A DNA stretch of 64,000 bases from the NCBI GenBank assembly GCA_001687465.1, contig LVLI01000035.1:62001-126000 (forward strand). Reading direction: 5' to 3'. Source of the DNA: Halocafeteria seosinensis (lineage: Eukaryota). The notes under the pieces were generated by a model. That model worked only from the letters and a program-made list of their open reading frames with translations. It had not been told where the DNA came from and made no database searches. This document shows positions 1 through 12,117 of the stretch, in pieces; the stretch's first letter is position 1; every line of letters starts with the position of its first letter. Made by a program: the position numbers and the translations under genes.

Positions 1-2645
1 ATTTGTTTTCGACAAATTTATTGCCAAAGCATAGGAAATTAATTCCCTTTGAACGGCAACCGTTGACGCATGAACAAACGACGTCCACGCACCTCGTATA
101 CTGGCTGTTTGAGGATTACTTAAAGCAGAAATATGCCCAGTTTATTTCAACTCTTGAATCTGCAAGTCATGACTCCATGCGACATTTTCGAACTCTTGCT
201 GTGCGCTCGGTTTATGAACTATTGCTAGAGTTTCCTGAACAGGAGGCTGCGTTGCTTACGCTCCTAGTTAATAAACTCGGAGACGCCGATAGGAAGATTG
301 CATCAAAGGCGACGTTTCTCCTTCAGCAACTCGTTCAAAAGCATCAAGCGATGAAACCAATTGTTGTTCGAGAAGTTCAGCAATTTCTTGTTCGACCTTC
401 TGTGAGCCAAAAAGCAAGGTATTACGCGATCTTGTTCTTAAGTCAGCTCCCTCTCGTCAGAGGATGGACTTCGCTTGCTGATCAACTAGTTACTGTATAT
501 TTCAGTATGTTTGAACGGTGTGTGAAGTACAATGAAGTCAACTCCAGAGTAATGTCTGCCCTGTTGACAGGAGTGAATAGGGCATTCCCATACACGTCTG
601 CCGCGAATCCTGAGGCAGCTGGAGAGGAACGGAAGATGAAAGAGAGATCGACTAAGGATGCCACCGTTGCCGCAAAGGTCAAAGCACTGGATGCGACTAC
701 GATGGGAGGCTTCGAGTTAAACATTGTGGAAACGCTGGAGACGAAAGCCGACACGTTGTTCAAGATCGCGCACGAGGCTAATTTCAATACTTCTGTACAA
801 GCGTTGACGCTCATATTTCAGGTTGCCACGGCTAGGGAAAGTTTTCGTGACAGATTTTACACGGCTTTGTACTCAACGTTATTCAGGCAAGATCTTCCAT
901 ATACGAACAAACATCATCTGTTTTTGAATCTGGTGTACCGCGCTCTTCGGGATGATAAGGATGAGCATCGGGTAGCTACGCTGGTGAAGCGACTTCTTCA
1001 AGTAGCAACATATATGTCTGCGTCATTTGCAGCTGCCGTCTTGTATTTGGTGTCAGACCTTGCTCCTAACAAGCAGCAACTACAATCGTTGGTTTGCAGT
1101 ACAGAGAGTGCTCTGCCAGCCTATTGTAGTGCAGAAGGAGAAATCACTTCTATTGAGAAAGGGAAACGGTGGGCTCGGGATGTACCCGAAGATGAAGGTG
1201 CTCATGCTCCAGCAAGAGATGGTATTGAGACAAAAACAGGTGATAGCAATCAGGGGGGTGAGGATAGTGACAATGAAAGTAATGAATCGGCGGAGGCAGG
1301 AGTTCAACCAGCTCAGAGTGACGATATCATAAACCCGACGGAAACATACAACTACATGGAGCTAGCGGATACAATTTTAAAAAGCGCGTTTAGTGAGAAG
1401 ACTTTGACGTCATCAGGAGTGGTCGATTTTGACGAGTTGCAGGACGGTCAAGGTGAAGGCACTGGGGAATATTCATTGAAAGAGGAGTCCACAGAGACTC
1501 GCCTTAATGGTCATCAGGCGAAAGAAGATTGGTTAAGATACGACGCACATAAGCGTAATCCAAAGTTTTCTAACGTTCGATCTACGTGTATGTGGGAACT
1601 GGTAAGTTAACTCTGTGGAAGGTAATGTGAGTTATCTGTGCTGTAGTTTTGCTCTGCGTTCAGGCGGCGTTGGCGGCCCATTACCATCCTTCGGTTCGAC
1701 GGTTCGCTACAGCTCTGATGAAGAGCTACAGTAGAAGAATTACTTACCATGGTGATCCTCTTGCGGATTTTACATTGTTGGCGTTCTTGGATAGGTAAGC
1801 GATGGTGATTCCTCCGGTTCTGTGGTGGCATTTACTCGGGGGACTTTTGTTTCAGGTTTGTGTACAAGAACCCAAAGCAGAAATACTTGAGAGTCAAAGA
1901 AAAGGAAAGTGCAGGGGAAACCGAAGAGCTTGCTGAAGGGTTTGCTGAGGTAGAAGGGAGAAAAGAGCAATATAAGAAGCTCCAGCAAGGGATGATGAAG
2001 GGTGGATCCGTGATGCAACCAAGGGGGCAAGATCACAAACGAGGAAGAGCCGCCAGGGAGAAGCCACCGAGCGACATGCAGTTTATTTCGGCCAGTGCTA
2101 ATTCCATTCGTGAAGACGACCAGTTCTATCATCAGTATTTTCTTACCAAGCAGCAAAGAGAGGGGGAGAAGAAATCCAAGAAGAAGAGACATCCTTCGGA
2201 AGCAGAGACAGTGGATGAATCATTTGGAGGGGATGAGGAGGACGCTTATGCGCAATCGCTCGCGGAAGACCTTATGCGTTCCCAACATGGTGCCGTTGAT
2301 ATCGACGACGAAGGAGATGATGAGCACATCCAGTCGTTTGCTTATACAGACAAGAATGATAGTCTCCCGAGTCAGTCTGGCGAAGACGACGACAGTATGG
2401 CTCGGGCTCTACTGTGGCAGGAGCAAGCAGATGAGGATACGGGCACTCTTGAAGACAAGCAACTTGGGGAGCCCAATGCGGTAAGCAGCACGTTTGCAAG
2501 TATGGAAGACTATGCTCATTTGCTAGACGATGATTCCCCTCAAATAGAGAAGCGGGACTCTTCCACCAATGTCGTTGTTGGATCGAAGAGGTCTCACAAA
2601 CAAGGCCAACAGGGAAGACGCAAGCGTGTGAAGAAGAACCGTTGA
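1..2645 (+). CDS. CEBPZ: CCAAT/enhancer-binding protein zeta / Mak21 (Noc1) ribosome biogenesis factor, 5'-partial; introns 1602-1663 and 1795-1855
   Basis: Motifs [17 protein letters not shown] and RFYTALY. Splicing two GT-AG introns rebuilds the CBF-domain signature [15 protein letters not shown]...[24 protein letters not shown]. Acidic/basic C-terminal tail. Confidence 0.93.
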
Positions 2646-2843
2646 GCATCCGACCAGCAGAACTGAGAGAATCTCTTTCCGCGTGGTTGCGATGTTTGTC
2701 GATGCTCTTAAGAAAATGGAAGAAGGGAACGCAATCACTTCCGGATGGTACGACAGTGTGCATATTACGTCGGCCATCCATTACAAATGTTGTAGTGTTT
2801 TTTGTCACTTGTCTAAGGGTTCTATTGCGGACTGTGTCTACGT

Positions 2844-2861
2844 CACACACACACACACACA
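2844..2861. repeat. (CA)n microsatellite
   Basis: Run of about 8 CA units seen directly. Confidence 0.9.
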
Positions 2862-3298
2862 TGTCCCATCCATACACTAGTCAACGTATAATTTGCTACC
2901 CTGGGTACCACGCTAGTCATCGGTAAACGTGCGGTAAGACCCGGTGTATACATATATGTAATAAAACCTTTCTGTACCTTGGACAAACGTTCTCGTCTTC
3001 CGGGCAAACACAGGGGATAAGCTCGGCAGAAGGTGCTGGCATAAGTCAGAAACAGCCTCTGAATCCACGACAAGTCTCTTTTCGCCGACGGAAATCTTCT
3101 CAGACTGAAACAGTTTCTTGGTCTTTGGCAAGTGCATTTTTGCCGGCCCAGAATAAAGATAAGGAGGGCGAGTGAATGTAGTTTCTCGATGAAAAGGCCT
3201 TTAAATACCGTACAATGGTTCTCGCCCGTAGTGACATGGAGCTTATTGGAAGTGCTCTGTTATTCTACATTAAACTCAATGCGAAGACCGATGAACAT

Positions 3299-3330
3299 AG
3301 TTAGCCCCTAACCCTAACCCTAAAGTTAGC
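3299..3330. repeat. Interstitial telomeric repeat (CCCTAA)3 flanked by a 7-bp direct repeat AGTTAGC
   Basis: agttagc (3299-3305) + ccctaaccctaaccctaa (3306-3323) + agttagc (3324-3330). Confidence 0.85.
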
Positions 3331-3439
3331 TCTTGGAAGGATGGTTAGCTTCAGTATAAGGGATGTTGTATTGGTATTGCTCCTACCGGAAGACGTGTGT
3401 GCTACAGGCTACGCTACGCCGTGTGAGGGGTGCCGGTCC

Positions 3440-3760
3440 AACCTCTTTCACGTTGTGGCGCATCAAAGTTGAATACACGCACACTACGTGACTGACAGTT
3501 TGGCTGTCATTAGCTTGCGGAAGTTCCGCATCTCCCTTGTTCCCCAGGGGGAGCCCAGAACTTTCCTGGCAATTCTCTTGAGGAATTTGATTGCGTCTTC
3601 CTCGAAACCGCCCGTCGCCTTTATCGCGAACGGGATAATTTCCGTGTGGTGGTCCCTCAGGTGCCCGTACATTTACACACACACAAATGTGACAGATAGC
3701 CCACCGGCCGTACATTTTGTCCGCCCGCTTCTGCCGCGATGGTGGCTAGTCTGTCTCCCG
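3440..3760 (-). mobile_element. Decayed C-terminal restriction-like endonuclease (RLE) fragment of a CRE-like non-LTR retrotransposon
   Basis: After removing a 43-bp insertion and a 20-bp insertion and allowing one frameshift, it reads ATIAAEAG-DKMYGHL...IIPFAIKATGGFEEDAIKFLKRIA...KLSVTLMRHNV. This fits the AExxKxxKY / PFAxExxG / SxxLxRxN pattern of CRE-type RLE ends. Confidence 0.6.
3665..3717 (-). mobile_element. 33-bp (TG)n-tailed micro-insertion with a 10-bp target-site duplication CCGTACATTT
   Basis: ccgtacattt at 3665-3674 and 3708-3717. The minus-strand insert ccggtgggctatctgtcacatttgtgtgtgtgt is a near copy of 3959-4003. Confidence 0.7.
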
Positions 3761-3761
3761 T

Positions 3762-4158
3762 GACTTGGGAAGCGAATCAACGCATCATGAAACGACATGA
3801 ACAGACGGAGGAACTATTACACTGACAGGCATTTACTGTTATTTAACCCACTTGGGAAGCTTCGGTAAGAATTCTGATGAACGGAATCAGACTGGATTGG
3901 ATGGAAACGGGCCGCTTAAGAATGGGAGAAAGCACAGTTAGAGGAGCAGGAGCCGGAGCCGGTGAACTATCTGTCACATATGTGTGTGTGTGTGTGTGTG
4001 TGTAGGAGCAAGATACTGAGAAACTCTCGACTTGGGAAGCGAATCAACGCATCATAAAACGACATGAACGGACGGAGGAGCTATTACTGGCGGACATTCA
4101 CCATTATTTAACCCACATGGGAAGCTTCGGTAAGAACTCTGATGAACGCAATTGGACT
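3762..4158 (+). repeat. Imperfect ~130-bp direct repeat (3762-3893 and 4029-4158), probably decayed coding/TE sequence
   Basis: Both copies start gacttgggaagcgaatcaacgcatcat and share ttatttaacccacNtgggaagcttcggtaagaaNtctgatgaacg. Confidence 0.9.
3942..4010 (+). mobile_element. 55-bp (TG)n-tailed micro-insertion with a 7-bp target-site duplication AGGAGCA
   Basis: aggagca at 3942-3948 and 4004-4010 flank ggagccggagccggtgaactatctgtcacata followed by about 11 TG units. Confidence 0.7.
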
Positions 4159-4564
4159 AAACGATGGTTGTGACGCACCCCTTTTGTGGAGATTCGAGCT
4201 GTTAGCTAATAGTGGATAGGTGGTACTGTAGCCTTGTCTGTCTTCACGGTGCATGGATGTAGTCGTGATCCACTTGAATATTCAGTCGGTAGGCCATCAA
4301 TTATACACTCTACTATGCATATTGTAAAGAGCAGGACTCGAAGTAATGCGTCACTGCTAGTGACACCCATTTCGAAGAATAAGCCGCTAGCTGTGCTGCA
4401 GTCCAACTTGATTAATGTGAAGAAAAAATACATAGGTTCCCATCACTGGTGGAAACTCGACCACTGGAAGTACCGGTCCGCTTGGGAAAAGACTTGTCGC
4501 CTAAACAAGTGCGGCAGCAGTATTTGTTCACCCACACTTGGGGCCCATACGATTGCTATTCATG

Positions 4565-7561
4565 CTATTGTTTTCGAGTTTTCTTCGAAAAGAACCGATT
4601 TATTCCATCCCTCGCTTTCTGTACCACTAGTGACAGACGGCTTTTTTTAGGTGACTGACGAGGTCCACCCTTTTCGTATCCAGGTTGGTTCGAGCCGTAC
4701 TCGTCGAGTTTCTTCTGGAAAGGGTTTGGCTGATGGTCGAGACTGGCCTCCACTCGCGAACGTTTCTTCTTCTTTGGTTTCCGTCCCTCGTCTAGAAGTG
4801 CATTCCACTCTTTGCGGTCATCATAGGTGTTGTAAGGAGTGGGAGCCTTGGAAAGCATGTAAGCTTTCGCGGGCAGGGTGTTTGCTGTACTAGCGGGCGT
4901 ATCATCCCATGTACCTACATCAAGACTGTTTCGTGAAGTACTACCCACCAAAATCTCTGCGTTCTTTTTGCTGACAGCCGAAAAGCTGCTATTCCCGGCT
5001 GTGTTTGAAAGTAGCTGCACGTATCGCCGCCGGTTGCCAGTAACCTCTACTCTTTCAGGACCTTTCTCCATGTCTTTTCTCATCTGACTGTTGCTGCTTG
5101 GATGTTTCGTCCCCTCTTCGCTCTGGCTATTTTCGCTGTTTTCGGCTTCCTCATCTGCAGACAAACAGGCGGCATAGTCCACAGCATGTCGTCTTATCGA
5201 ATCCGTGCTTGTCGGGTCCTCTCCATCCTCGGTAGATGAGGTATCACCTTCCATTAGGTATGTAAGAGTATTTTTGTTGCCCATGAAGCTTGCTTGTGGA
5301 GTCCATTGAACCGATGAGAGAGTCTCAATATCGTTCCCCTTGTCGCGGTCGCTGACACGGCTCCGAAAGACTTGAGCAACAGAGGCTGCATCATTGGCAG
5401 GCTGTGACTCGCCTCTGGCGGTATGCAAATTCCTGAAATCAGAAGGCTTATCCGGTGAAGATGTGGTTTTCTGGCAGGCTACTGACAATGGCTCTGATCC
5501 CGCAGCTCGGAGGAGAGCGTTAGCAATCGAAATATCAATAGAATTATGCTCCACCCTGTTGCTTAATTCCTTCCGGATTTTCTTCCTTTGGCCCTTTGAA
5601 AGCGCCTGTGGGTCTACGCGGAGAATGTTCTCATTACTGGCATGTTTGATTCCGCCGTTGAAGACTCGAGGGGGTGGTAGTTTATTCTCTGGTAGCGGTA
5701 AACCGTCTTGTGCATTCTCGCGACTCTCTTGTTTAGATGTCTGCACATTCAACTTTTCCGTGGGAGACGATGAACCGAGCGAGGTGCTCCCCCCTCGGAT
5801 GCTTATGCTTTCTCCCGTGTCTTCATTGCCTCTATGGGTTCCGACATTGTCGGTTATAGTCTTCAATTGAGGATCTCCCCGAAAACCAGAAGCGGAGATG
5901 GCTTGTTCAACATCAGCAGCAGCGTTATTAGTTCGAAAAAGGGGCGGCACATATTCTCTTCTAGAATAAAACAGCATATAAGCTCTTTGACGCAGTGCTT
6001 CATTGGCAGAAACTATCCGGACACTCGAGTCATCCATCAAGTACCATTGGCCTGCCGGAGACTTAATGTAGCTGTAATAATGACCGCTATTCGTCGAATG
6101 GCCCATATGCACTAACACACCGTGGAGGTCGTACATTGCGGGAATATGCTCAGCTTTTGCTATATCACTCATTGCCGGAGTTAGATCCAGGTTCAGCGGG
6201 TACTCAATATAGTGATCTATCTTACCGCTGCTTCCTCCTATTCGACCCCTCATCATTGCTTTTTTCATTTTCTTTTTCGAAAGGCCCATATGAGACATGG
6301 GAAGATGACCCATCATACCGCCGTATCGCTCAAAGGAGAATCTCTTGAATTGCACCGTAAGGCAGTTGGGTGGCTGCAGGCACAGTGTGGGCTTTTTCTA
6401 TTCATCATTTAAAAGAACACAGAATCCCCTGTCACTTACCACTCGCACAGTCATCCGTTTCTCGGCGCACACGCGTTTATGACAGTGTTCGCATTTGTAT
6501 TTGTTTTGTGCGTCCAAAGTCTCCTTCGACTGCAAGAAGGAGGACAGTAGTGACGGATCGAAACGTACAAATGTGGAGTTGAGAAAGACTCCCCCACTTA
6601 CCACGAACCGTTGAAGCGCTTTCCCAAGCGTTCGAATGCCGTTTGAAACATCCAAAGAGAGGTCCAGAAACGGATCGAAAGTGTTTGAATTGTGACCACA
6701 CGAGGGACAGTGGACCTGGTTTCGCAGGTACCCCCCGCATATCGTGTGTATGGATGTAGTTTCACCACGACGTCCAGCCTTGCTTTCCTTGAGCCCCGCA
6801 TTCTTCAATTCAGCCTTGTGCAAGGCATACAGTAAGCAACGAAGGAACTCATGGGCATCTTCCTGTCTTCCAATAGAAAAAGAACGGTTGATAAACGGCA
6901 ACCTCTTGATAATGGGAATCGGTTTAATTGCCCCCTTGTGTGGTTCTTGATGCATTTTTCTGATAACACTGCTTAAGATAGTAAACATGTCCGTATCCTC
7001 CAGGCGCCAATGCTCCAGGTGTTTCCTCGCCAACAGATATTGGGCAAGAGCAGGAGTATATGCAATGCACTGCAGGGTTGAATTGAGGAAACAGGTATTA
7101 CCGAGATTCCCAAGTCCGGCCCCTACTGGTCGAGTCTCTGTCCATCGTAGACGCTTGGCTAGCCATTTATGATCCTTGCACAAATGAGTTTCGGGGTTCA
7201 AAGTTTGCAAGTCTTCTCCCCGGAACCTTTTACCCACTGTAGCTGTTGATGCATTTGCATGACCGTTCTGATGCTGGTTCTGCTTTCCATGGGCGGCATC
7301 CGAGTCACTGTTGCTTCCCGTAGGTGGCGCGGTAGCATGGGATGTTTCCGGTCGTGAACTCTGTTGAAATTCAAGCCTGCAATGCGCGTCACTCAAAAAC
7401 AAGCATTCAGCGGGAATGTATGAGAGGATTCTAGCAGCAACAATATTTCAGATCCATTGCCTGTATAACGGTATCGACGCCAAGAGGAGCTACGTACATG
7501 GAATTCGTGCCGGCTACCTCGTGGAAGGAAGGAGGCCGCAGTAAGGAAGGGCCCTTGCCAT
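4565..7561 (-). CDS. Ubiquitin-specific protease, USP36/USP42-like; introns 6530-6601 and 6374-6439; 5' exon uncertain (candidate ATG 7561, intron 7378-7517)
   Basis: Cys box GLGNLGNTCFLNSTLQC, QEDAHEFL, CPSC and CEHC zinc pairs, His box VLVHMGHSTNSGHYYSY, WYLMDDS. The C-terminal EWNALLDEGRKPKKKK resembles the USP36 family tail. Confidence 0.9.
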
Positions 7562-8521
7562 GCCCCTTCATAGAGTGATGTGCTTCCGTCTTTCCGTTCA
7601 TATCCATCTATTTGTACATTCGCGTGTTTCCCAAGTGGTACTGGACAAAACTGTGCCATGAATCAGCGTATATTGGGCATCGCTTGCTGACTCCGATGAC
7701 ACAAACCATGCCAAACGCAACAAACTTTTGTTACAGTGACAGATGGTTGGCAAGATGTTGCCATTCGCGGCGAATGATTCGCCTCCGTCACCGCATAAAC
7801 TGCGGCACTTGAATAAAAGAAATCTCGAATGACGTTCCACTGTCCACTGATTTCGATTCGAACGCAGTCGCACTCATACCATGGCACGATTGTCAGCTGT
7901 GCAGAGGATTGTTGGAATTCAAATGCAACGGCCAATCGGAGGGCCCAATTCGGCAGGCTTCTTTGTTGTCACAGTTACACTGGATCGTTAAGATGATTAT
8001 ATGAACGCACGGGGCTAACTGGATGCTTCTGCCCTGTAAACAGGCTGCCAGACACAATGCAGAGTCACAATTGCCATGAGTCCTTCAAGGGACGTCTGAA
8101 ATCGTAGAGTGTTGCATGGAAACAACAAATAAACATTAAACATCCGACAACAGTAAGGGATTAAGAGTCTATTTTTAGACTAAAGCCCGTATGAAGCTTT
8201 AATGAAGCGCACTTTGCACGCTGTGAAGTTGAACATTTTTTCCAAATCGACACCATATCGGAATGAGTGTCGTGGCAGACATGCGCATCACCGACTAGAT
8301 GGGCTATTAGGGGATCATCTGGCACAGCAATCTCCAGTATTAACCCCTATACCTTGCATTGTTCGCCCTTCTCGAAAGTGATTGGAAATTCGTGCTTTGT
8401 GAAGTTGAGCGTCCGTCTCTGCCGTTAACACAAACAATGAACTCTACCTATTTCATTCGACTAGATTTGCAGTCTTGAAGAGGTATGATAACAGTAGTCA
8501 GTAAATAACCGGGGCATAAAG

Positions 8522-11500
8522 ATGGATTCGCCGAATGGAGAGGAAGTGTCCTCTGGCGCTACTCGCCGTGGGAGATCCGGGAGAAATCGTCGACAACGCC
8601 GGGAGAGGCCATCAACCAGCATTCATGACGCTGGCTCAGAGCGCGACGAGGAGCATAAGGATGAAGAGGAAGGAAAAGCAGAAGGGCACCAGCATGAAGA
8701 AGAAGAAGAAGAAGCAAAGGGAACCGAAAACGGGGAGGCGGTAACCAGCCGCAAGTCCCGGCGCAGCCAACGTCGTGGAATTAAACAAACAGAAGAATCC
8801 GAAAACGAGGACACAACCGGGGGTGGAAAGGCTACAGCAGAAGATGAGAGATCGAGAGAAACTGACCAGCAAGGATCAGATATCGGGGATACGAAACAAC
8901 CGGAGTCTGAGGAGGATAACGACGAGGAGATATTACAGTCTATCTCTAAACGAGGGCGCCCTCAAGGCGAAATAGAAAGGTACCCTCGATTGACTGCTCA
9001 TGGGCAAACTATGATTCCCCAGGGAATCATTTCGAAGGGAAGGAGAGCATGGTGGAAGACTGTTGGGTCGATCTCTCGGTTTATTAATGCGTGCCAACAG
9101 ATGGCCGGTTTTGGGCTTGTTCCTATGTCGCTGCGTCCGGAATTACCGAAGGAAGAATGGAAGCAACGTGTTAAAACTTGCCAGAAACGCTCTCAGGGCT
9201 CCTCGTTTGGCGTTCATGTGTTAGGAACCACGGGGAAAATCGAGAATGAATATGTTCTTCATCCATGCGTCCGGGTACACATCGTCGATGAAAGTACAGG
9301 GTAAGAGTCTTTGATTTGTGTGCATTGTGGACGCATACAACACTACGGTCTTTGAATTTGCAGGAGGTATCTTCGAAAGCCATCCTGGATGATATCACGA
9401 ACGGCTGATACGGCTGCGCTACACATGGTGGATCCTGAAACTGGAAGGAGAACACATGTCAAGCCTGTTTGGAGTGACTACGTTAGACCCGAGTGTACAC
9501 CACCTGCTTGGGATGCCTCACTTGGTGGAGGGGCCGATAGGGGGGATATTCCGGTGTGGGATGAGTCTATTATCTTTCACGAAGACCTCTCCTTGTTCAT
9601 GCAACCGGGTGTGCTTTTATTGTTTGAAATAATTGAATGGGGGCCATCACTTCCGGAGACTTCAAGAACATCTTGTCACAAGTATGTGAAAGGACGCCTG
9701 CCATTCTTCCAACGATACTATACCCTTAAAGCCGTTTTGGTTCTTCCGCAGGGTTTGCTGGGGATATTTACGGTGCACAACTCTCAGCGGTGTGCCGATG
9801 GTAGATCTTCAACGGAAGGTCCTCTTGCCACCCCAGGGTTCTGCTCGGGCTCAAACACTAGCTTCGTCAAGGAAGAGCAAGAGCACTCGCCTGACTCCTG
9901 CCGTGTTGAAGGAACATCAGAAGGGCGTTGACATTAAAGGATACCGTTCTGCAGATTTGATTCCGGAAGTCCAAAAAGTCTCTGTCCTCTCTAGGGAAAG
10001 TAATGGTGGGGACAAAGAAAATGAGCCAATGGAGCCAGTTATTCCCTTAGACAATCAGGGAATAGGGCTAGCATATGCCTTTGGTTCTAGTGAAAGTAGC
10101 ACACGCTACATTCCTGTGACGCACGTGCAAATGTATGAATACAAGGATTTATCATTCGTGAATAGATGGTCTCACTACAGCACCGTAGAGTCTTCTAACG
10201 TTTTCGCTCGCTATTACCGCAACATGGCCAGTATCCAGAAGGGAAACGTAGATGAACGGACAGTAGGTGCTTCAGACGCTGAGCGCGAAGGCAAGGAACC
10301 AACAAAGAAATCTATCGCTGATTTTGTTGGTCCCTTTAGTGCCAGAAATGCAGTGCCAAGCCCCGAAGTCTTTATGCAATACCGCTCTTCAAAGAAACGA
10401 AGTTTGGCATTTTCTTTGGCAGTGCAACTCACCGCTGCAAAGCTCTGGGTCGATGAAGAAGTATCGGACGCTTGCTCTGTAGGTGCACTCACTCGTCCCG
10501 AGCGAAGAATTGCTTTCAATTCCTCTCAATTCAGAAAGAGCGGAAGAAACAAAACACGAGGAGAGCGTCGGAAATCTGTCAGCAAGCACGATAATCGGTA
10601 TGACGAGAATGCAGAGCGAGCTCGTCTGCGAAAGCGTGGAATAGGAGAACCATGCAAACTCCCAGAGAAACACTTGTTTTCTCTACCATCAGGAAGGTTG
10701 GGCTGTATGGCTCTCGAATTTTCTCCGGAGGGAAAATATCTTGCTGCCGCATGTACCGACAAATTGCGGTTTCCCATAAAGATATTCGATACAGTGTACG
10801 GTAACTTGGTAGCAGAACTAGAAGGCCACGACGGAACGATATATTACTTGAATTGGCGGGCAGATGCGCAATATTTGGCTTCCGCCTCCAGCGATGGAAC
10901 CTGCAAGTTGTGGAACATGAACAGGCTTATCCAACGAGATTCAGTTAATTTGGAGGCTACGACGCTTCTGAATGAAGGGGACTGCTGCGTTGCGACGCTG
11001 CGGACAAAACCACCTTCTCATATCTATTGTGTGAAGTGGCATCCCCGAGCACTTAACCATTTGCTGACGAGCTCATACGATGGAAAGATTCGACTATGGC
11101 AAACTTCTGCTGGAGGCAATGCTAAGCCTACAGGGACTCAAGAAGTGGATGAAGAATATGATGGTGCAGGGGGTAGTATGATTCTACAGAGTAATGATGA
11201 GAGAAGGTTCTACGCGACATGCTTGGGAGCTGTCGGTAAGAAAAATGAGAGCCAGCATGCTAGCCGTGTGAATTGCATCGAGTTTGTGCATAGGGGTAGA
11301 AGGCTCTTTAGTGGTGACGCCGATGGGACTGTGATCATTTGGGATAGTCACAAGGCACAATCACCGGAAGAATACGCTGTAAGTATGGGAATATTATGGC
11401 AAAGTTTAGGTAATCCTACGGACACATTGGAGCTGTACTTTCCGCAGGTTCTTAAAGTGGTGTCCCCCCCTTCCCTTCGTGGATGCCCCATCGTGTGCTT

Positions 11501-12034
11501 AAGTGCCCGTCCAGGGAGAGATCAGATGCTTCTTGTAGCACACAATAATGCATGTAAACTATTTGATGCAAACTCACTACGCATGGTGGCCATCCGTAAT
11601 TTTGCCGGAGCCCATTGCCGGAGTTCCAACGTCCAAGGATGTTTTGCTCCTGATGGAAGCTACGTGTTTGTGGGAAGCGACGACGGCGCATGGTAGGTCC
11701 CTTGTTGAGTTGGTATAGATTGTTTTGTACTATCTGTTTTCTTACGCTTGTTGCAGTTGTATTTGGGAAACCGATACTGGGGTAATGCAGGAAGGAAGTG
11801 CTCAGAGTTTCGGAGAGAGGAGCAAGACAACAATTGGTTATCCCCGTGGCTCGTTAATGCGTTCAGTTGCGTGGCATCCCACTGAGCATCTAGTAGCAAT
11901 AAGCAATTACGGTACGTGCTGCTTGAAGATATCCAGGAACATAAGAGAGTTTTTGGTATTCAATCACTGCTCGCTCAGGAGAAGGCTATCCCATACAACT
12001 GTATGTCAATGAGGCCAAGAACATCGTGGAGTAA
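8522..12034 (+). CDS. AHI1: Jouberin/AHI1-like ciliary transition-zone WD40 protein; introns 9301-9363, 9682-9751, 11379-11447, 11693-11756, 11912-11978
   Basis: HPCVRVHIVDESTG|RY, PVWDESIIFHED...LLLFEIIE, K|VCWGYLR and GEPCKLPEKHLFSLPSGRLGCMALEFSPEGKYLAAAC match AHI1 motifs, followed by WD40 repeats. No SH3 domain seen. Confidence 0.85.
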
Positions 12035-12117
12035 GCTGAATCTTGAACAGGCATAAAGTTGCCATATGTTTTTGCCTCACATTAATTAGCTACGCCGATA
12101 CATTAACATGATGTATG

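Noticed and set aside
2650..3137. Possible small minus-strand gene (MHLPKTKK...)
   Set aside because: It has an ATG context and a possible donor, but no recognisable motif and no consistent spliced model.
3674..4003. MITE bounded by ~35-bp terminal inverted repeats
   Set aside because: Each arm has its own separate target-site duplication, so two independent retro-insertions explain it better. There is no shared outer TSD.
3762..4158. CRISPR-like array or LTR pair
   Set aside because: Only two long imperfect copies in a eukaryotic context; no TG...CA ends, primer-binding site or internal gag/pol.
7663..7935. ORF sharing EFQQSS with the USP N-terminus
   Set aside because: Only six residues, with different Ser codon families and no further similarity; probably coincidence.
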